This document shows, one piece after another, positions 10,154-20,161 of a stretch of DNA of 64,000 nucleotides (its first letter is position 1; each line of letters opens with the position of its first letter). Source of the DNA: a virus. The notes under the pieces were generated by a model. That model was not told where the DNA came from, made no database searches, and was given only the letters and a program-made list of their open reading frames with translations. The stretch spans positions 32,001 to 96,000 of the IMG/VR virus record IMGVR_UViG_3300032236_001530; one strand, written 5' to 3'. The position numbers were made by a program, and so were the translations under genes.

Positions 10154-13100
10154 ATGGCTATTAAATACATTATAGATAACTCAGATAACTCATTAGGTAC
10201 TCAAAGTATAAATGGTACCGTTTCCGTTGGCAACTTAACAATAACCGATATACAATCAACCACCGGTCTAACAAACTATGTAGTTGTTGATAGTGATGGT
10301 AATACTTTCTATCAAACAGGTGGTGGAGGTGGAACAAGTAGTCCTATTTTAGGAACATCACACTCTGTTCCTATGTATAACACTAATGGTATTGGATTAA
10401 CAGATAGCGTTGCTTACATTTTCCCAGCTAAATATAATAACACTGCATCAAATGGCTACTCAAATCCTATACCGGATACTTTAATAGTTGGTGGTACTAA
10501 AATTGGCGCTTCAACAAATTATCCACAAACGGTTGGTGTTATTGATAATGGTACAACAGCAAATGGTTTAGCTAGATATCCACAACTTATGGTAATCGCG
10601 GGTACAGCTTACCCTGGTGGTTACACAGCTGGTGTTGCTGCTATTAGTGCTATGGTTATTGATGGTGTTAAAAATAGAAGAGCAACTTTATTTTATAACT
10701 ACAATGATGGAGTTTGGGGCTTATCAGATACAGGGTCTACTGGGGGTGACACATTTGCTTTGTTTCAATCAACAAAAAGAGTGATGTCTGTTTTTAGTAC
10801 AGGTCATGTTAACTTTCAAAATGGTGGTACACATTCAGATTCTGGTAATTTCTTTACCATTGTTGGTACTTCATCTTTCACTGGTGGCAAATTAGAAATA
10901 GGAACAGATTCTGGAATACAACTTTTGGGTTTAACTTCAGGTACTCCTACTTCAACTGGTCAGGCAATTGGTGTTGATGCGTCAGGTAATATTATTACGG
11001 TAGTTGGTGGGGGTGGTAGCACGGGCTCATCTGGATCTAGTGGTTCCTCTGGATCTAGTGGTACATCAGGGTTTAACGGTTCAAGTGGATCTTCCGGATC
11101 TTCTGGTACTTCAGGTAATAGTGGATCTTCGGGTACTTCAGGTAATAGCGGATCTTCTGGTTCCTCAGGCTCATCTGGTTTAAGTGGTTCTTCAGGATCA
11201 TCCGGTGTAAATGGTACATTTATGGGATCTAGTGGTACATCTGGTGTTAGTGGATCATCAGGTTCAAGTGGTATATCAGGTTCTTCTGGATCAAATGGGT
11301 CTTCAGGTACATCTGGTATATCGGGGTCTTCTGGATCAAGCGGATCTTCAGGTTCCTCTGGATCGAGCGGTTCATCTGGTATATCGGGTTCTTCTGGATC
11401 AAATGGGTCTTCAGGTACATCTGGTTTATCCGGTTCTTCTGGGTTAAGTGGATCTTCAGGTTCCTCTGGATCAAGCGGTTCAAGTGGTATTAATGGATCT
11501 AGTGGTTCATCTGGCTTATCAGGATCTAGTGGCTCATCTGGATATAGTGGATCTTCAGGTTCCTCTGGAACAAGTGGTTCTTCTGGGTTATCAGGATCAA
11601 GTGGATCTTCGGGTATTGATGGATCAAGTGGATCATCTGGCTTATCAGGATCTAGTGGCTCTTCAGGTTTATCTGGATCAAGTGGTTCATCTGGCTTATC
11701 TGGATCAAGTGGATCTTCGGGTATTGATGGATCAAGTGGCTCTTCAGGTTTATCTGGATCAAGTGGCTCTTCAGGTTTATCTGGATCAAGTGGATCTTCG
11801 GGTTTATCTGGATCAAGTGGATCTTCGGGTTTATCTGGATCAAGTGGCTCTTCAGGTTTATCTGGATCAAGTGGATCTTCGGGTATTGATGGATCAAGTG
11901 GCTCTTCAGGTTTATCTGGATCAAGTGGATCTTCGGGTTTATCTGGATCAAGTGGATCATCTGGCTTATCAGGATCAAGTGGATCATCTGGTTCATCGGG
12001 ATCAAGTGGTTCAAGTGGTAACTCAGGTTCTTCAGGATCAAGTGGTTCATCTGGCTTATCAGGATCGAGCGGTTCATCTGGATTATCTGGATCGAGCGGT
12101 TCATCAGGTTTATCTGGCTCAAGTGGATCTTCGGGTATTGATGGATCAAGTGGATCTTCAGGTCTATCAGGATCAAGTGGCTCATCCGGATTATCAGGAT
12201 CAAGTGGTTCATCAGGTTTATCAGGATCGAGTGGTTCTTCCGGGTTATCTGGATCAAGTGGTTCCTCTGGGTTTGGTGGATCAAGTGGCTCATCCGGATT
12301 ATCAGGATCAAGTGGCTCATCTGGATTATCAGGATCAAGTGGCTCATCAGGTCTATCAGGATCAAGTGGATCTTCGGGTTTATCAGGATCAAGTGGCTCA
12401 TCTGGGGTTGATGGATCGAGCGGTTCATCGGGTTTATCAGGATCAAGTGGCTCATCAGGTTTATCAGGATCAAGTGGATCATCTGGCTTATCAGGATCAA
12501 GTGGATCATCTGGCTTATCAGGATCAAGCGGCTCATCTGGCTTATCAGGATCAAGTGGATCTTCGGGTTTATCAGGATCAAGTGGCTCTTCAGGAAACTC
12601 TGGTTCCAGTGGATCAAGTGGCACATCTGGATTATCTGGTTCTAGTGGATCATCCGGTACATCGGGTAGTAGTGGCTCAAGTGGTACATCCGGTTCACAT
12701 GGTTCATCTGGATCAAGTGGAACTTCTGGATCAAGTGGCTCATCTGGATCAAGTGGAACATCAGGTGTTAACGGTTATTCAGGAGTTGATGGTACATCTG
12801 GATCTTCAGGATCTTCTGGTAACTCCGGTTCAAGTGGTTCATCAGGTAACTCCGGTTCAAGTGGTTCATCAGGTAATTCTGGATCAAGTGGCTCATCGGG
12901 TAACTCTGGTAGCAGTGGTTCATCAGGATCTTCTGGTAGTTCAGGATTGAGTGGATCTTCTGGTAGTAGTGGAACATCGGGTAAAGATGGTCCATTAAAT
13001 GGTCCTTATTCTAATCCAAATGGTCCGGTTACTGGTGGTTATCTTGGTCAATTATATTTTGGTTCAGATGGTAGTGTTTGGAATTGGAATGGTAGTAGCT

Positions 13101-13654
13101 GGTTATATAGTGGTAACATATCTGGTTCTTCTGGATCAAGTGGTTCATCTGGTGTTAATGGATATGGTTCATCAGGATCTTCGGGTGTCAGTGGATCAAG
13201 TGGGTCATCAGGTGTTTCTGGATCATCAGGATCTTCAGGTGTTAGTGGATCATCAGGTGTTTCTGGATCAAGCGGCTCTTCTGGTGTTAATGGATCAGGA
13301 TCAAGTGGGTCATCTGGTATTAGCGGTTCATCTGGATCAAGTGGTTCATCCGGTGTTAATGGTTCTGGATCAAGTGGATCAAGTGGGTCATCAGGAACTG
13401 ATGGATCAAGTGGTTCATCCGGTGTATCTGGATCAAGTGGTTCATCCGGTGTTAGTGGTGGTGTGACTAATGCAGGTGCTTTAGCCACTGCTTGGGGTCT
13501 ACCAGGTGATTTAAAAAATGGTAATTGCCAACCTCTTGATGGTGATGGTAACCCAATAGGACCCGCGGGTATATGGGTATTTAGATATGATGGTGATCCA
13601 GATGCAACCTATGGTCCTTGTTTTAAACTTAAAATATGTTGTGAATTACCTTAA
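10154..13654 (+). CDS. Giant Gly-Ser-Ser repeat protein, probable virion fibre/decoration protein
   Basis: 1166 aa; tail-fibre-like beta-rich N-terminus, Gly every third residue over roughly 750 aa, Cys-rich C-terminus; AATATATA upstream. Confidence 0.8.
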   Translation: MAIKYIIDNSDNSLGTQSINGTVSVGNLTITDIQSTTGLTNYVVVDSDGNTFYQTGGGGGTSSPILGTSHSVPMYNTNGIGLTDSVAYIFPAKYNNTASNGYSNPIPDTLIVGGTKIGASTNYPQTVGVIDNGTTANGLARYPQLMVIAGTAYPGGYTAGVAAISAMVIDGVKNRRATLFYNYNDGVWGLSDTGSTGGDTFALFQSTKRVMSVFSTGHVNFQNGGTHSDSGNFFTIVGTSSFTGGKLEIGTDSGIQLLGLTSGTPTSTGQAIGVDASGNIITVVGGGGSTGSSGSSGSSGSSGTSGFNGSSGSSGSSGTSGNSGSSGTSGNSGSSGSSGSSGLSGSSGSSGVNGTFMGSSGTSGVSGSSGSSGISGSSGSNGSSGTSGISGSSGSSGSSGSSGSSGSSGISGSSGSNGSSGTSGLSGSSGLSGSSGSSGSSGSSGINGSSGSSGLSGSSGSSGYSGSSGSSGTSGSSGLSGSSGSSGIDGSSGSSGLSGSSGSSGLSGSSGSSGLSGSSGSSGIDGSSGSSGLSGSSGSSGLSGSSGSSGLSGSSGSSGLSGSSGSSGLSGSSGSSGIDGSSGSSGLSGSSGSSGLSGSSGSSGLSGSSGSSGSSGSSGSSGNSGSSGSSGSSGLSGSSGSSGLSGSSGSSGLSGSSGSSGIDGSSGSSGLSGSSGSSGLSGSSGSSGLSGSSGSSGLSGSSGSSGFGGSSGSSGLSGSSGSSGLSGSSGSSGLSGSSGSSGLSGSSGSSGVDGSSGSSGLSGSSGSSGLSGSSGSSGLSGSSGSSGLSGSSGSSGLSGSSGSSGLSGSSGSSGNSGSSGSSGTSGLSGSSGSSGTSGSSGSSGTSGSHGSSGSSGTSGSSGSSGSSGTSGVNGYSGVDGTSGSSGSSGNSGSSGSSGNSGSSGSSGNSGSSGSSGNSGSSGSSGSSGSSGLSGSSGSSGTSGKDGPLNGPYSNPNGPVTGGYLGQLYFGSDGSVWNWNGSSWLYSGNISGSSGSSGSSGVNGYGSSGSSGVSGSSGSSGVSGSSGSSGVSGSSGVSGSSGSSGVNGSGSSGSSGISGSSGSSGSSGVNGSGSSGSSGSSGTDGSSGSSGVSGSSGSSGVSGGVTNAGALATAWGLPGDLKNGNCQPLDGDGNPIGPAGIWVFRYDGDPDATYGPCFKLKICCELP
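11020..13450 (+). repeat. Degenerate 9/27-bp coding tandem repeat encoding (SGSSGSSGx)n
   Basis: Recurrent ggatcaagtggNtcNtcNggNttatcN units. Confidence 0.95.
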
Positions 13655-13655
13655 T

Positions 13656-13690
13656 AAAAAACCCACTCATTTGAGTGGGTTTTATTTTTG
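13656..13690. terminator. Bidirectional intrinsic terminator (same family as 4132)
   Basis: AAAAAACCCACTCA-TT-TGAGTGGGTTTT. Confidence 0.85.
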
Positions 13691-13806
13691 TACAAGAGGA
13701 TGGATTCGCACCAACACGATTTAGTTACCTATCAATCAACCTCATTAAAAGGTCACGTCTGCTAATTACATTTCGCTAGCAAAATGTTTATTTCCGCCAC
13801 TCTTGT
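13691..13806 (-). tRNA. tRNA-Leu(TAA)-like with hairpin insertion in the D-loop
   Basis: Acceptor ACAAGAG/CTCTTGT+A, TGGCGGAA..AGACG D arm, anticodon arm GACCT-TTTAATG-AGGTT, long variable arm, T-loop TGCGAAT. Confidence 0.7.
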
Positions 13807-14456
13807 TAGTCGTAAAGTTTTATAAAATCTTTACCATATTTTTCTATTACATAATTTAGAAAAGGTTTAATTCTATCTTTATCTATTAGCTCTATTTTAT
13901 TTTTAAATCCTTCCAACTTGGATACTGACTGATCCGTTATATAACCTTTTATCTCAAAAAAAGTATCATCTATTTTGAAATCTGGGTAATATTTATGTTC
14001 TTTTCCTTGGAAAATATATTTAAATGATTCAAAATTTCTTTCAAATTTAATACCATGGTCTATATTATAGATTACCCATGCCAATTCCCAGCTACTATCA
14101 CACCAATATCCTTTATATCTACCTTTCTTACCTCTACCACTACCTTTTCTATAACCACCACCAACTTCTTTCATTTTTTTGGATATCTTATCTCTTCTTG
14201 ATTCTTCGTTGATTTCTTTTCTATCACCTCTATTATATGACTCTTTTATACCTTTTGATAACTTATCAACATAATCATTATACCAATCAAGTCCAAACTT
14301 ATCAATATAATTTATACCTTTATTCCAACCACCTGCTTTCCCTCTTTTAATTTTTCTCCTTGGACCTCTACCATCACAAGAATTAATATGTTTTTCAATG
14401 GATGATTTTATATAAAAGTTACATTTTGGGCAAATATGGTTAATCTCGTTTTTCAT
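13806..14456 (-). CDS. Putative free-standing homing endonuclease (NUMOD-like region + PD-(D/E)XK domain)
   Basis: SSWE...YYPDF...FFEIKGY; N-terminal CPKC and GWNKG; abuts a tRNA gene. Confidence 0.7.
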   Translation of the reverse strand: MKNEINHICPKCNFYIKSSIEKHINSCDGRGPRRKIKRGKAGGWNKGINYIDKFGLDWYNDYVDKLSKGIKESYNRGDRKEINEESRRDKISKKMKEVGGGYRKGSGRGKKGRYKGYWCDSSWELAWVIYNIDHGIKFERNFESFKYIFQGKEHKYYPDFKIDDTFFEIKGYITDQSVSKLEGFKNKIELIDKDRIKPFLNYVIEKYGKDFIKLYD

Positions 14457-14644
14457 ATAGTATATATAAAAATCAAGACTACCTCTTTATACCACTTATT
14501 CATCCATATCAACATCAGAAACTATATGTTTTCTACAAAATTTAGCCATTTTTGAATTTGGGTAATGATTGTATAAAAACTCAGATACTAAAATAGGAAA
14601 GCCTAATAAAGATAAAGATATCAAAAATATTATTATAATATTCA

Positions 14645-14911
14645 TTACTTAAAAGTAAATACTTTATATGGTGCTAAAATTGTTACTTTAGAACCATTAG
14701 AATTATAATACCAAATAGAGTCTGAGTTTTGACCATAAATGGTATCTGTTATTGCAATAGCTGGCTTATAGTCAGTATCACTTACTTGATTACCTACATA
14801 AGAGTATTTTCTACTCTCTACCTTAACAAGACCTTCTATTTTATATTTATACTCCTTTTGTTTACAAGAAAAGAGACAAATACTTAAAAGTATAAAAATA
14901 TATTTTTTCAT
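14645..14911 (-). CDS. Lipoprotein
   Basis: Lipobox LFSC. Confidence 0.7.
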   Translation of the reverse strand: MKKYIFILLSICLFSCKQKEYKYKIEGLVKVESRKYSYVGNQVSDTDYKPAIAITDTIYGQNSDSIWYYNSNGSKVTILAPYKVFTFK

Positions 14912-14912
14912 A

Positions 14913-15272
14913 TTATTTGTTTTTAATTTTTATCATATCGTTTGCAACACGATCAACATTTTTTTGGTCTAAGTAACCCATTTTATTACATATATCCATA
15001 ATAAATTTTTTAGACGGTTTACCATATATAGTACCTAAAATCACGCCTGTCTTTGTGTGCTTTATTAAAGTAACATTTTCATCATTTTCTGAACGACTTG
15101 CAATTATTACAAAGTTACAACAAAATTCATTATCAGATCTCATACTAACAAAATGAGTTGTATCTGATGAGTTTTTATATTTATACTCAATTGTAATAGA
15201 TGGTGTATTTTCGGCTTTGACTAATTGACTCCCAGTCAATATAATCAATAATATTAATGCTAACTTTTTCAT
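14913..15272 (-). CDS. Secreted hypothetical protein
   Basis: Signal peptide ending VKA. Confidence 0.65.
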   Translation of the reverse strand: MKKLALILLIILTGSQLVKAENTPSITIEYKYKNSSDTTHFVSMRSDNEFCCNFVIIASRSENDENVTLIKHTKTGVILGTIYGKPSKKFIMDICNKMGYLDQKNVDRVANDMIKIKNK

Positions 15273-15300
15273 AAAACAAATATAATAAAAAAAATTTAAA

Positions 15301-16413
15301 TTAAAAATTATTAACAGAATTAATTATTAAATCTACTTCATCAGTTGTTAAAAAAGGATGAATTGGTAATGAAACAATTCTATCGGCCCATTCATCAGTT
15401 ACCTTACTTGAATACACAATATCCATAGAACTATCAAAGATAGCTGTTTTATGAATTGGAATAGGGTAGTGAATAATTGTTGTGATACCATTAGAAGCCA
15501 TATGTTTTTCAAATGTTTGTCTATCATCAACCATTACACAAAAAATATGATATGAATGTAAAGTACAATCTCCATAAACTTTTGGTAAAGTAACCTTATC
15601 ATTATTCATTTCATTTAGAAATCTTGTAACAATCTCATTCTTAGTCATAGTCCAAGATTTCAAGTGCTTTAACTTCTCAGAAAGAATAATTGCTTGCATT
15701 GAATCTAATCTATGATTGTTACCCAACTCATCATAGTAATACTTAACTTTAGAGCCATAGTTTCTAAGTGATTTTAATCTTGTATTTAACTCTTCTGAAT
15801 TTGTAGTAATAATACCAGCATCACCAGCAGCACCTAAGTTTTTACCGGGATATAAAGAGTAAACAGCCATATCACCATAAGAACCTAAGTGATTACCTTT
15901 ATATCTTGTTTCGTGTGATTGAGAACAATCTTCTAAAATACCAAAGTTGTATTTCTTAGACAAATCTACAATTTTATCCATATCACAAGCTTGTCCATAT
16001 AAGTGAACAGGAATAACAACAACTTTACCATAAACACCTCTCCATTTTTCTAAGAAAGATTCTAAACTATTAACATCAATAGTAAAGTATTCATTTTGGT
16101 CAACTAAAGCCACCTTTGGTTTATCACCTGGTAGATTCTTAACAGCTAAATAATCAGCGATAAATGTGTTAGCCGGTATAATAACTAAGTCATTTGATTT
16201 CAAATCATATGTTTGTAAAGCTAATTTCAGACCGTCTGTACCGTTTGAAACACCAACTGCGTATTTAACTCCAAAGTATTCAGCAAATTGTTGCTCAAAC
16301 TCTGCTACTGATTTTCCATTTATATAAGAGCCTTCGTGTCCTAACTTGTCTATTTTTTCAAGAACCACTTCTCTAATTGTTTGCCATTGTTTTCCTAAAT
16401 CGTTAAATTGCAT
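15301..16413 (-). CDS. DegT/DnrJ/EryC1/StrS PLP sugar aminotransferase (WbpE/WlbC-like)
   Basis: VSNGTDGL, PVHLYGQ, EDCSQSH, SLYPGKNLGAAGDAG. Confidence 0.95.
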   Translation of the reverse strand: MQFNDLGKQWQTIREVVLEKIDKLGHEGSYINGKSVAEFEQQFAEYFGVKYAVGVSNGTDGLKLALQTYDLKSNDLVIIPANTFIADYLAVKNLPGDKPKVALVDQNEYFTIDVNSLESFLEKWRGVYGKVVVIPVHLYGQACDMDKIVDLSKKYNFGILEDCSQSHETRYKGNHLGSYGDMAVYSLYPGKNLGAAGDAGIITTNSEELNTRLKSLRNYGSKVKYYYDELGNNHRLDSMQAIILSEKLKHLKSWTMTKNEIVTRFLNEMNNDKVTLPKVYGDCTLHSYHIFCVMVDDRQTFEKHMASNGITTIIHYPIPIHKTAIFDSSMDIVYSSKVTDEWADRIVSLPIHPFLTTDEVDLIINSVNNF

Positions 16414-17221
16414 ATTCTAAATTCATTGTTATTTTTAATGTTATATTCTTATTTTCTATAAAGTTATCTGATGTAAAAAAGTAATCCATAGCTAAATGTA
16501 AAGGTGATTTTGTGTTAGATAAATCCTCTAAACCTTTACCACTTACAATTGTTTTTTTAACATCATCGAATACAATAATCTCATCATCTTCTGTTATAAA
16601 TAAAGCGACTCTGTTTTTAGTTTTATGTTGCCAAGAAGAGTTAATAATAACTTGTAAGCCATCTTTATAATACCAACTAATATTAGATCCAAATTCTTCA
16701 TTTGACTTAATTGAGAATTCATTCCAAGTAAAGTCAAAATTATCTAAACCAAAGATGTAGTAAAGTATTGATAAATCATGTGATGATAAATCAGGTATAG
16801 AACCACAATCATGTCTAACTGGACCATCATTAGTTCTATTAAGAATAACTTGTTTGATTTTCTTTTTAGATACTATTTTTTTAACTCTATCAATACAAGG
16901 ATTAAAAGTATAAACCCAATCAACAAATAACATATTGTTATTTTTATCCATCAGTGAGTAAATATCATTAGCTTCTTTTGATGTTAGTGCTAAAGGTTTC
17001 TCGCACCAAATTCTTTTGTTTTTATATTGACCAATTTTACTTAAAACTTCATGATGTGAAGTGAAAGGCGTTATAACAAAATAGTAGTCATAAGTATCAT
17101 CTAACTCATTAAAGTTATCCAAAACTATATCAATTATTTTAACATCATCATATCCCAATGACATTAAGTTTTTATGGATTATTTTACCCCAATATCCATA
17201 TCCTATTAAGCAAATTCTCAT
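16403..17221 (-). CDS. Gfo/Idh/MocA NAD-dependent oxidoreductase (WbpB/WlbA-like)
   Basis: GYGYWG Rossmann motif, CEKP, DLSSHDLS. Confidence 0.9.
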   Translation of the reverse strand: MRICLIGYGYWGKIIHKNLMSLGYDDVKIIDIVLDNFNELDDTYDYYFVITPFTSHHEVLSKIGQYKNKRIWCEKPLALTSKEANDIYSLMDKNNNMLFVDWVYTFNPCIDRVKKIVSKKKIKQVILNRTNDGPVRHDCGSIPDLSSHDLSILYYIFGLDNFDFTWNEFSIKSNEEFGSNISWYYKDGLQVIINSSWQHKTKNRVALFITEDDEIIVFDDVKKTIVSGKGLEDLSNTKSPLHLAMDYFFTSDNFIENKNITLKITMNLEYAI

Positions 17222-17652
17222 ATTTGTCTTGTTATTTTTGCTGGGTTACCATAAGCAACACAATTATCTGGTATGTCTTTAGTAACAACAGAACCAGCAC
17301 CAATTATTACATTATTTCCTATTTTAACAGGTAAAATTGTTGAATTTGAACCAATTCTAACTCTATCACCAACTATTGTTTCCTTCATTTTCCAACTTTC
17401 AATTAAGTCAGAATCGAATATATCATTAGTAAACATCACACCATGTCCAATGAATGTGTTTTTACCTATCTTAACACCTGATGGTATAAATGAATGAGAG
17501 CTAATAATTGAGTATTCACCGACTTCAGCATCTTTTTGTATTTCTACAAATGGTCCAATTTTAACATTATCACCAATAGTACAACCATATAAATTAACTG
17601 GTTCTACAATTGATACATTTTCACCTAAGTTTATATTTTTAATTCCTGCCAT
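17218..17652 (-). CDS. Hexapeptide-repeat N-acetyltransferase (WbpD/WlbB-like)
   Basis: LbH repeats, FIGHGVMFTND, GAGSVVTKD..GNPAK. Confidence 0.92.
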   Translation of the reverse strand: MAGIKNINLGENVSIVEPVNLYGCTIGDNVKIGPFVEIQKDAEVGEYSIISSHSFIPSGVKIGKNTFIGHGVMFTNDIFDSDLIESWKMKETIVGDRVRIGSNSTILPVKIGNNVIIGAGSVVTKDIPDNCVAYGNPAKITRQI

Positions 17653-17656
17653 ATTT

Positions 17657-18709
17657 TTATTTTATTTTTAAGTGTATTTTTTCTTCATGTATTAAGATGT
17701 TATTCTCATATGCTTTTATTAAAAAACTATAAAAATTATCTTCTGTATTATATGAAGGTGCCATGAAGTAGTTTATATCTTTAGCTAAACTGATAGGTGT
17801 TGCATAAATTAAAAACCCATCATCGCTGTTGTAAATTTCAAACACCAAATTCATATCTCTTTGTACTTTTGTTATCTTAAAAGCGTTATCATATCTTGTA
17901 AAATTCAATGTAAAATCATGACTAAAAACTGATAGCTCTTCGTGTAAACAAGGTATCTCAACACCTCTTCCTTTATGAAAAGCCTCACTAAATTCAAGTT
18001 TATCCTTTTCTTCATTCCAATTATAAGTACACCTTAAATCAACTGGTATACTACCATCATATCCACAATATCTAAACCTTTGATATACTATTTTATCTTT
18101 AGACCTAATATCACTACTTAGCCAAGAATTGTGTTTTATATGAGCTACATTTTTTGGAATCTCTAAACCATTAGCATCACTTAATAAAACACCATTGTTA
18201 TAAGTGAATTGATTATCAAAGTAAAAGGAACTTATACCTCCATTTCTATCAGTTCTTATAATTCTTTCATGAGTGTAATCTTGGAATAGGTTTTCTTCTA
18301 TTGTTAAATTTTTAAAGTTAACAGAATACCAATCATTTTCAGGATTTTTGTTTATGAAGTCTATAATATTTAATATTTGCTCTTTTGTATAACATTCATC
18401 ACCATCCAATACCCATATTAAATCACAATTTTGTTTATTAAGTAAATTCAAACAAAGATTTCTACTCTCATCTTCTCCTAATAGATTTTTACCTTTTGTT
18501 GTTATTAAAAAGTCAATATCATATTCTGATAATATTTTAAGTGTTTCTTGATTTCTAAATGGTATACCTAATTTATAGTAGTCAGAAAACATACCGCTAT
18601 TGGCTGCTATCACAATCTCATTATCTTGCTTTAGTTCAAACCAAGGATCTAAACAATCTTTTATATACTTTTCGCAGTTATAAACCGTGAGTAATACTCC
18701 TATCTTCAT
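17657..18709 (-). CDS. Glycosyltransferase family 2
   Basis: TVYNCEKYI N-terminus, LDGDE DxD motif. Confidence 0.8.
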   Translation of the reverse strand: MKIGVLLTVYNCEKYIKDCLDPWFELKQDNEIVIAANSGMFSDYYKLGIPFRNQETLKILSEYDIDFLITTKGKNLLGEDESRNLCLNLLNKQNCDLIWVLDGDECYTKEQILNIIDFINKNPENDWYSVNFKNLTIEENLFQDYTHERIIRTDRNGGISSFYFDNQFTYNNGVLLSDANGLEIPKNVAHIKHNSWLSSDIRSKDKIVYQRFRYCGYDGSIPVDLRCTYNWNEEKDKLEFSEAFHKGRGVEIPCLHEELSVFSHDFTLNFTRYDNAFKITKVQRDMNLVFEIYNSDDGFLIYATPISLAKDINYFMAPSYNTEDNFYSFLIKAYENNILIHEEKIHLKIK

Positions 18710-18723
18710 ATAAAGTTTTTATT

Positions 18724-19488
18724 TTATTCTTTCCAAAAGTTTACGGTTCTTAAATCACCATTGCCTAAAAAAAGTACAAAGCTTTTGAATCCAAGTCTGT
18801 TCATTCTATTAACAAAATTCTCTTGAAAAGCATCAAAGTGTTCGTTTAGTTTGTGAAACTCACAAGATAAACATCTAAGTGATGACAAGTTTTCATCAGT
18901 AATTGCTGTTAAAACATCAACTTCACCACCTTCTATATCCATCTTCATGAAATCAATTTTATCAGAAAATGTACCAAATAAATCGTTTATACCAACTACA
19001 TAAGCTTTTTCTTGATGTATTACTGGTCTATTATTTACCGCTTCATCTTTTGATGAACCACCACCAATGTGAGTATAATCGGTATGAATTTTAAAATCTA
19101 CCCATTTATTTTGAGCACCTACCGCCATTTTATAAACTAATGTTTTAGGTCCTCTATTCTTAATTAGACAATTAAAGGTTGGAGTTAAAGGTTCGAATGA
19201 TATAACTTTAGAAGCGCCTCTAAATTCAGCTCTATGTGCGAATATACCAATGTTACCACCGATATCTAATACAACATCACCTTCTTTAATAAAACAACCA
19301 TATCTTTCATAATCACAACCATTATCATCATAAACGAAATTAGTAAACATTTCATGCCACATGTAATTGTTTCCATCAAACTCACCAGCGTGATATTTTT
19401 CTAGTGTAAAATTTTTATTTTCTTCTGATAAATCTCTTAGAACTTCATTTCCTTCTTTATCTAAAGTCCATATTTTTTTGTTTCCCAT
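18724..19488 (-). CDS. FkbM family methyltransferase
   Basis: VLDIGGNIG, SFEP, KMDIEGGE, CEFH. Confidence 0.9.
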   Translation of the reverse strand: MGNKKIWTLDKEGNEVLRDLSEENKNFTLEKYHAGEFDGNNYMWHEMFTNFVYDDNGCDYERYGCFIKEGDVVLDIGGNIGIFAHRAEFRGASKVISFEPLTPTFNCLIKNRGPKTLVYKMAVGAQNKWVDFKIHTDYTHIGGGSSKDEAVNNRPVIHQEKAYVVGINDLFGTFSDKIDFMKMDIEGGEVDVLTAITDENLSSLRCLSCEFHKLNEHFDAFQENFVNRMNRLGFKSFVLFLGNGDLRTVNFWKE

Positions 19489-19489
19489 A

Positions 19490-20161
19490 CTATCTTTTTT
19501 TAATTATTATTTTAATGTTTTCACCAACTCTGTGATTACTTATTAAATCCCAATCAGTATTTTCTTTTTGACACCAATGATATATCATAGAACCTTTACC
19601 AACTATATCATATGTGATATCAATTCTTTTAGATTCACCTGTATATTCACCATTTGATAGTTCGCTCCAATTAACCCAGGTTCCTTTAAGGAAGTTATCA
19701 TCAACTATCACTATTGAACCAGATGGCATTTTATCTTTTATAGCTACAAATTCAAGCCAACCATGCAACATGGAAGGAACCGGATTCATTAAATCTAAGT
19801 CACATGAATCTAAATGAACTAAATTTGGAGTACCATTATAACCTTCTAAAAACTTAACCGAGTCTGATACATAATGGTATATTTTTAATCCAGGTATATA
19901 CTTATCAAAAATTTCTTTACTTCTATTTACTATATCTTCGTAGATATCAACAGAGTGGTAAACCCCATATGTTGATTCAGTTATTTTTGCTAAATACAAT
20001 CCAAAACACCCATCTTCTAAATTTTGACTAGCGCCTGTCTCAATACACTCTACTTTATCAAAGTTAAAATGTTCTTTCAAAGCCAAATAAACATCATTTG
20101 ATTGGTTTATTCTTTTATCTGATATTGATTGGTAAAAGTCTAATTCTTTTTTAGTATCCAT
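19490..20161 (-). CDS. Class I SAM-methyltransferase-like protein (start likely MDTKKE), ends in TAG
   Basis: IETGA, SVDI, DSVKFL, HLDS, IVDDN motifs. Confidence 0.7.
   Translation of the reverse strand: MDTKKELDFYQSISDKRINQSNDVYLALKEHFNFDKVECIETGASQNLEDGCFGLYLAKITESTYGVYHSVDIYEDIVNRSKEIFDKYIPGLKIYHYVSDSVKFLEGYNGTPNLVHLDSCDLDLMNPVPSMLHGWLEFVAIKDKMPSGSIVIVDDNFLKGTWVNWSELSNGEYTGESKRIDITYDIVGKGSMIYHWCQKENTDWDLISNHRVGENIKIIIKKR

Noticed and set aside
11020-13450. CRISPR array
   Set aside because: Repeats are contiguous coding units without unique spacers; no cas genes; the promoter repeats at 28.9-29.2 kb are not an array either.
10960-13488. Long alternative-frame and antisense ORFs (PDEPLD, DQVDL and ILIS repeats)
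   Set aside because: Shadows of the Gly-Ser-Ser repeat.
13735-13760. Ochre or amber suppressor reading of the tRNA-Leu anticodon
   Set aside because: A 5-bp stem with a 7-nt loop centres on TAA (Leu). No CTA-anticodon tRNA was found in this window.
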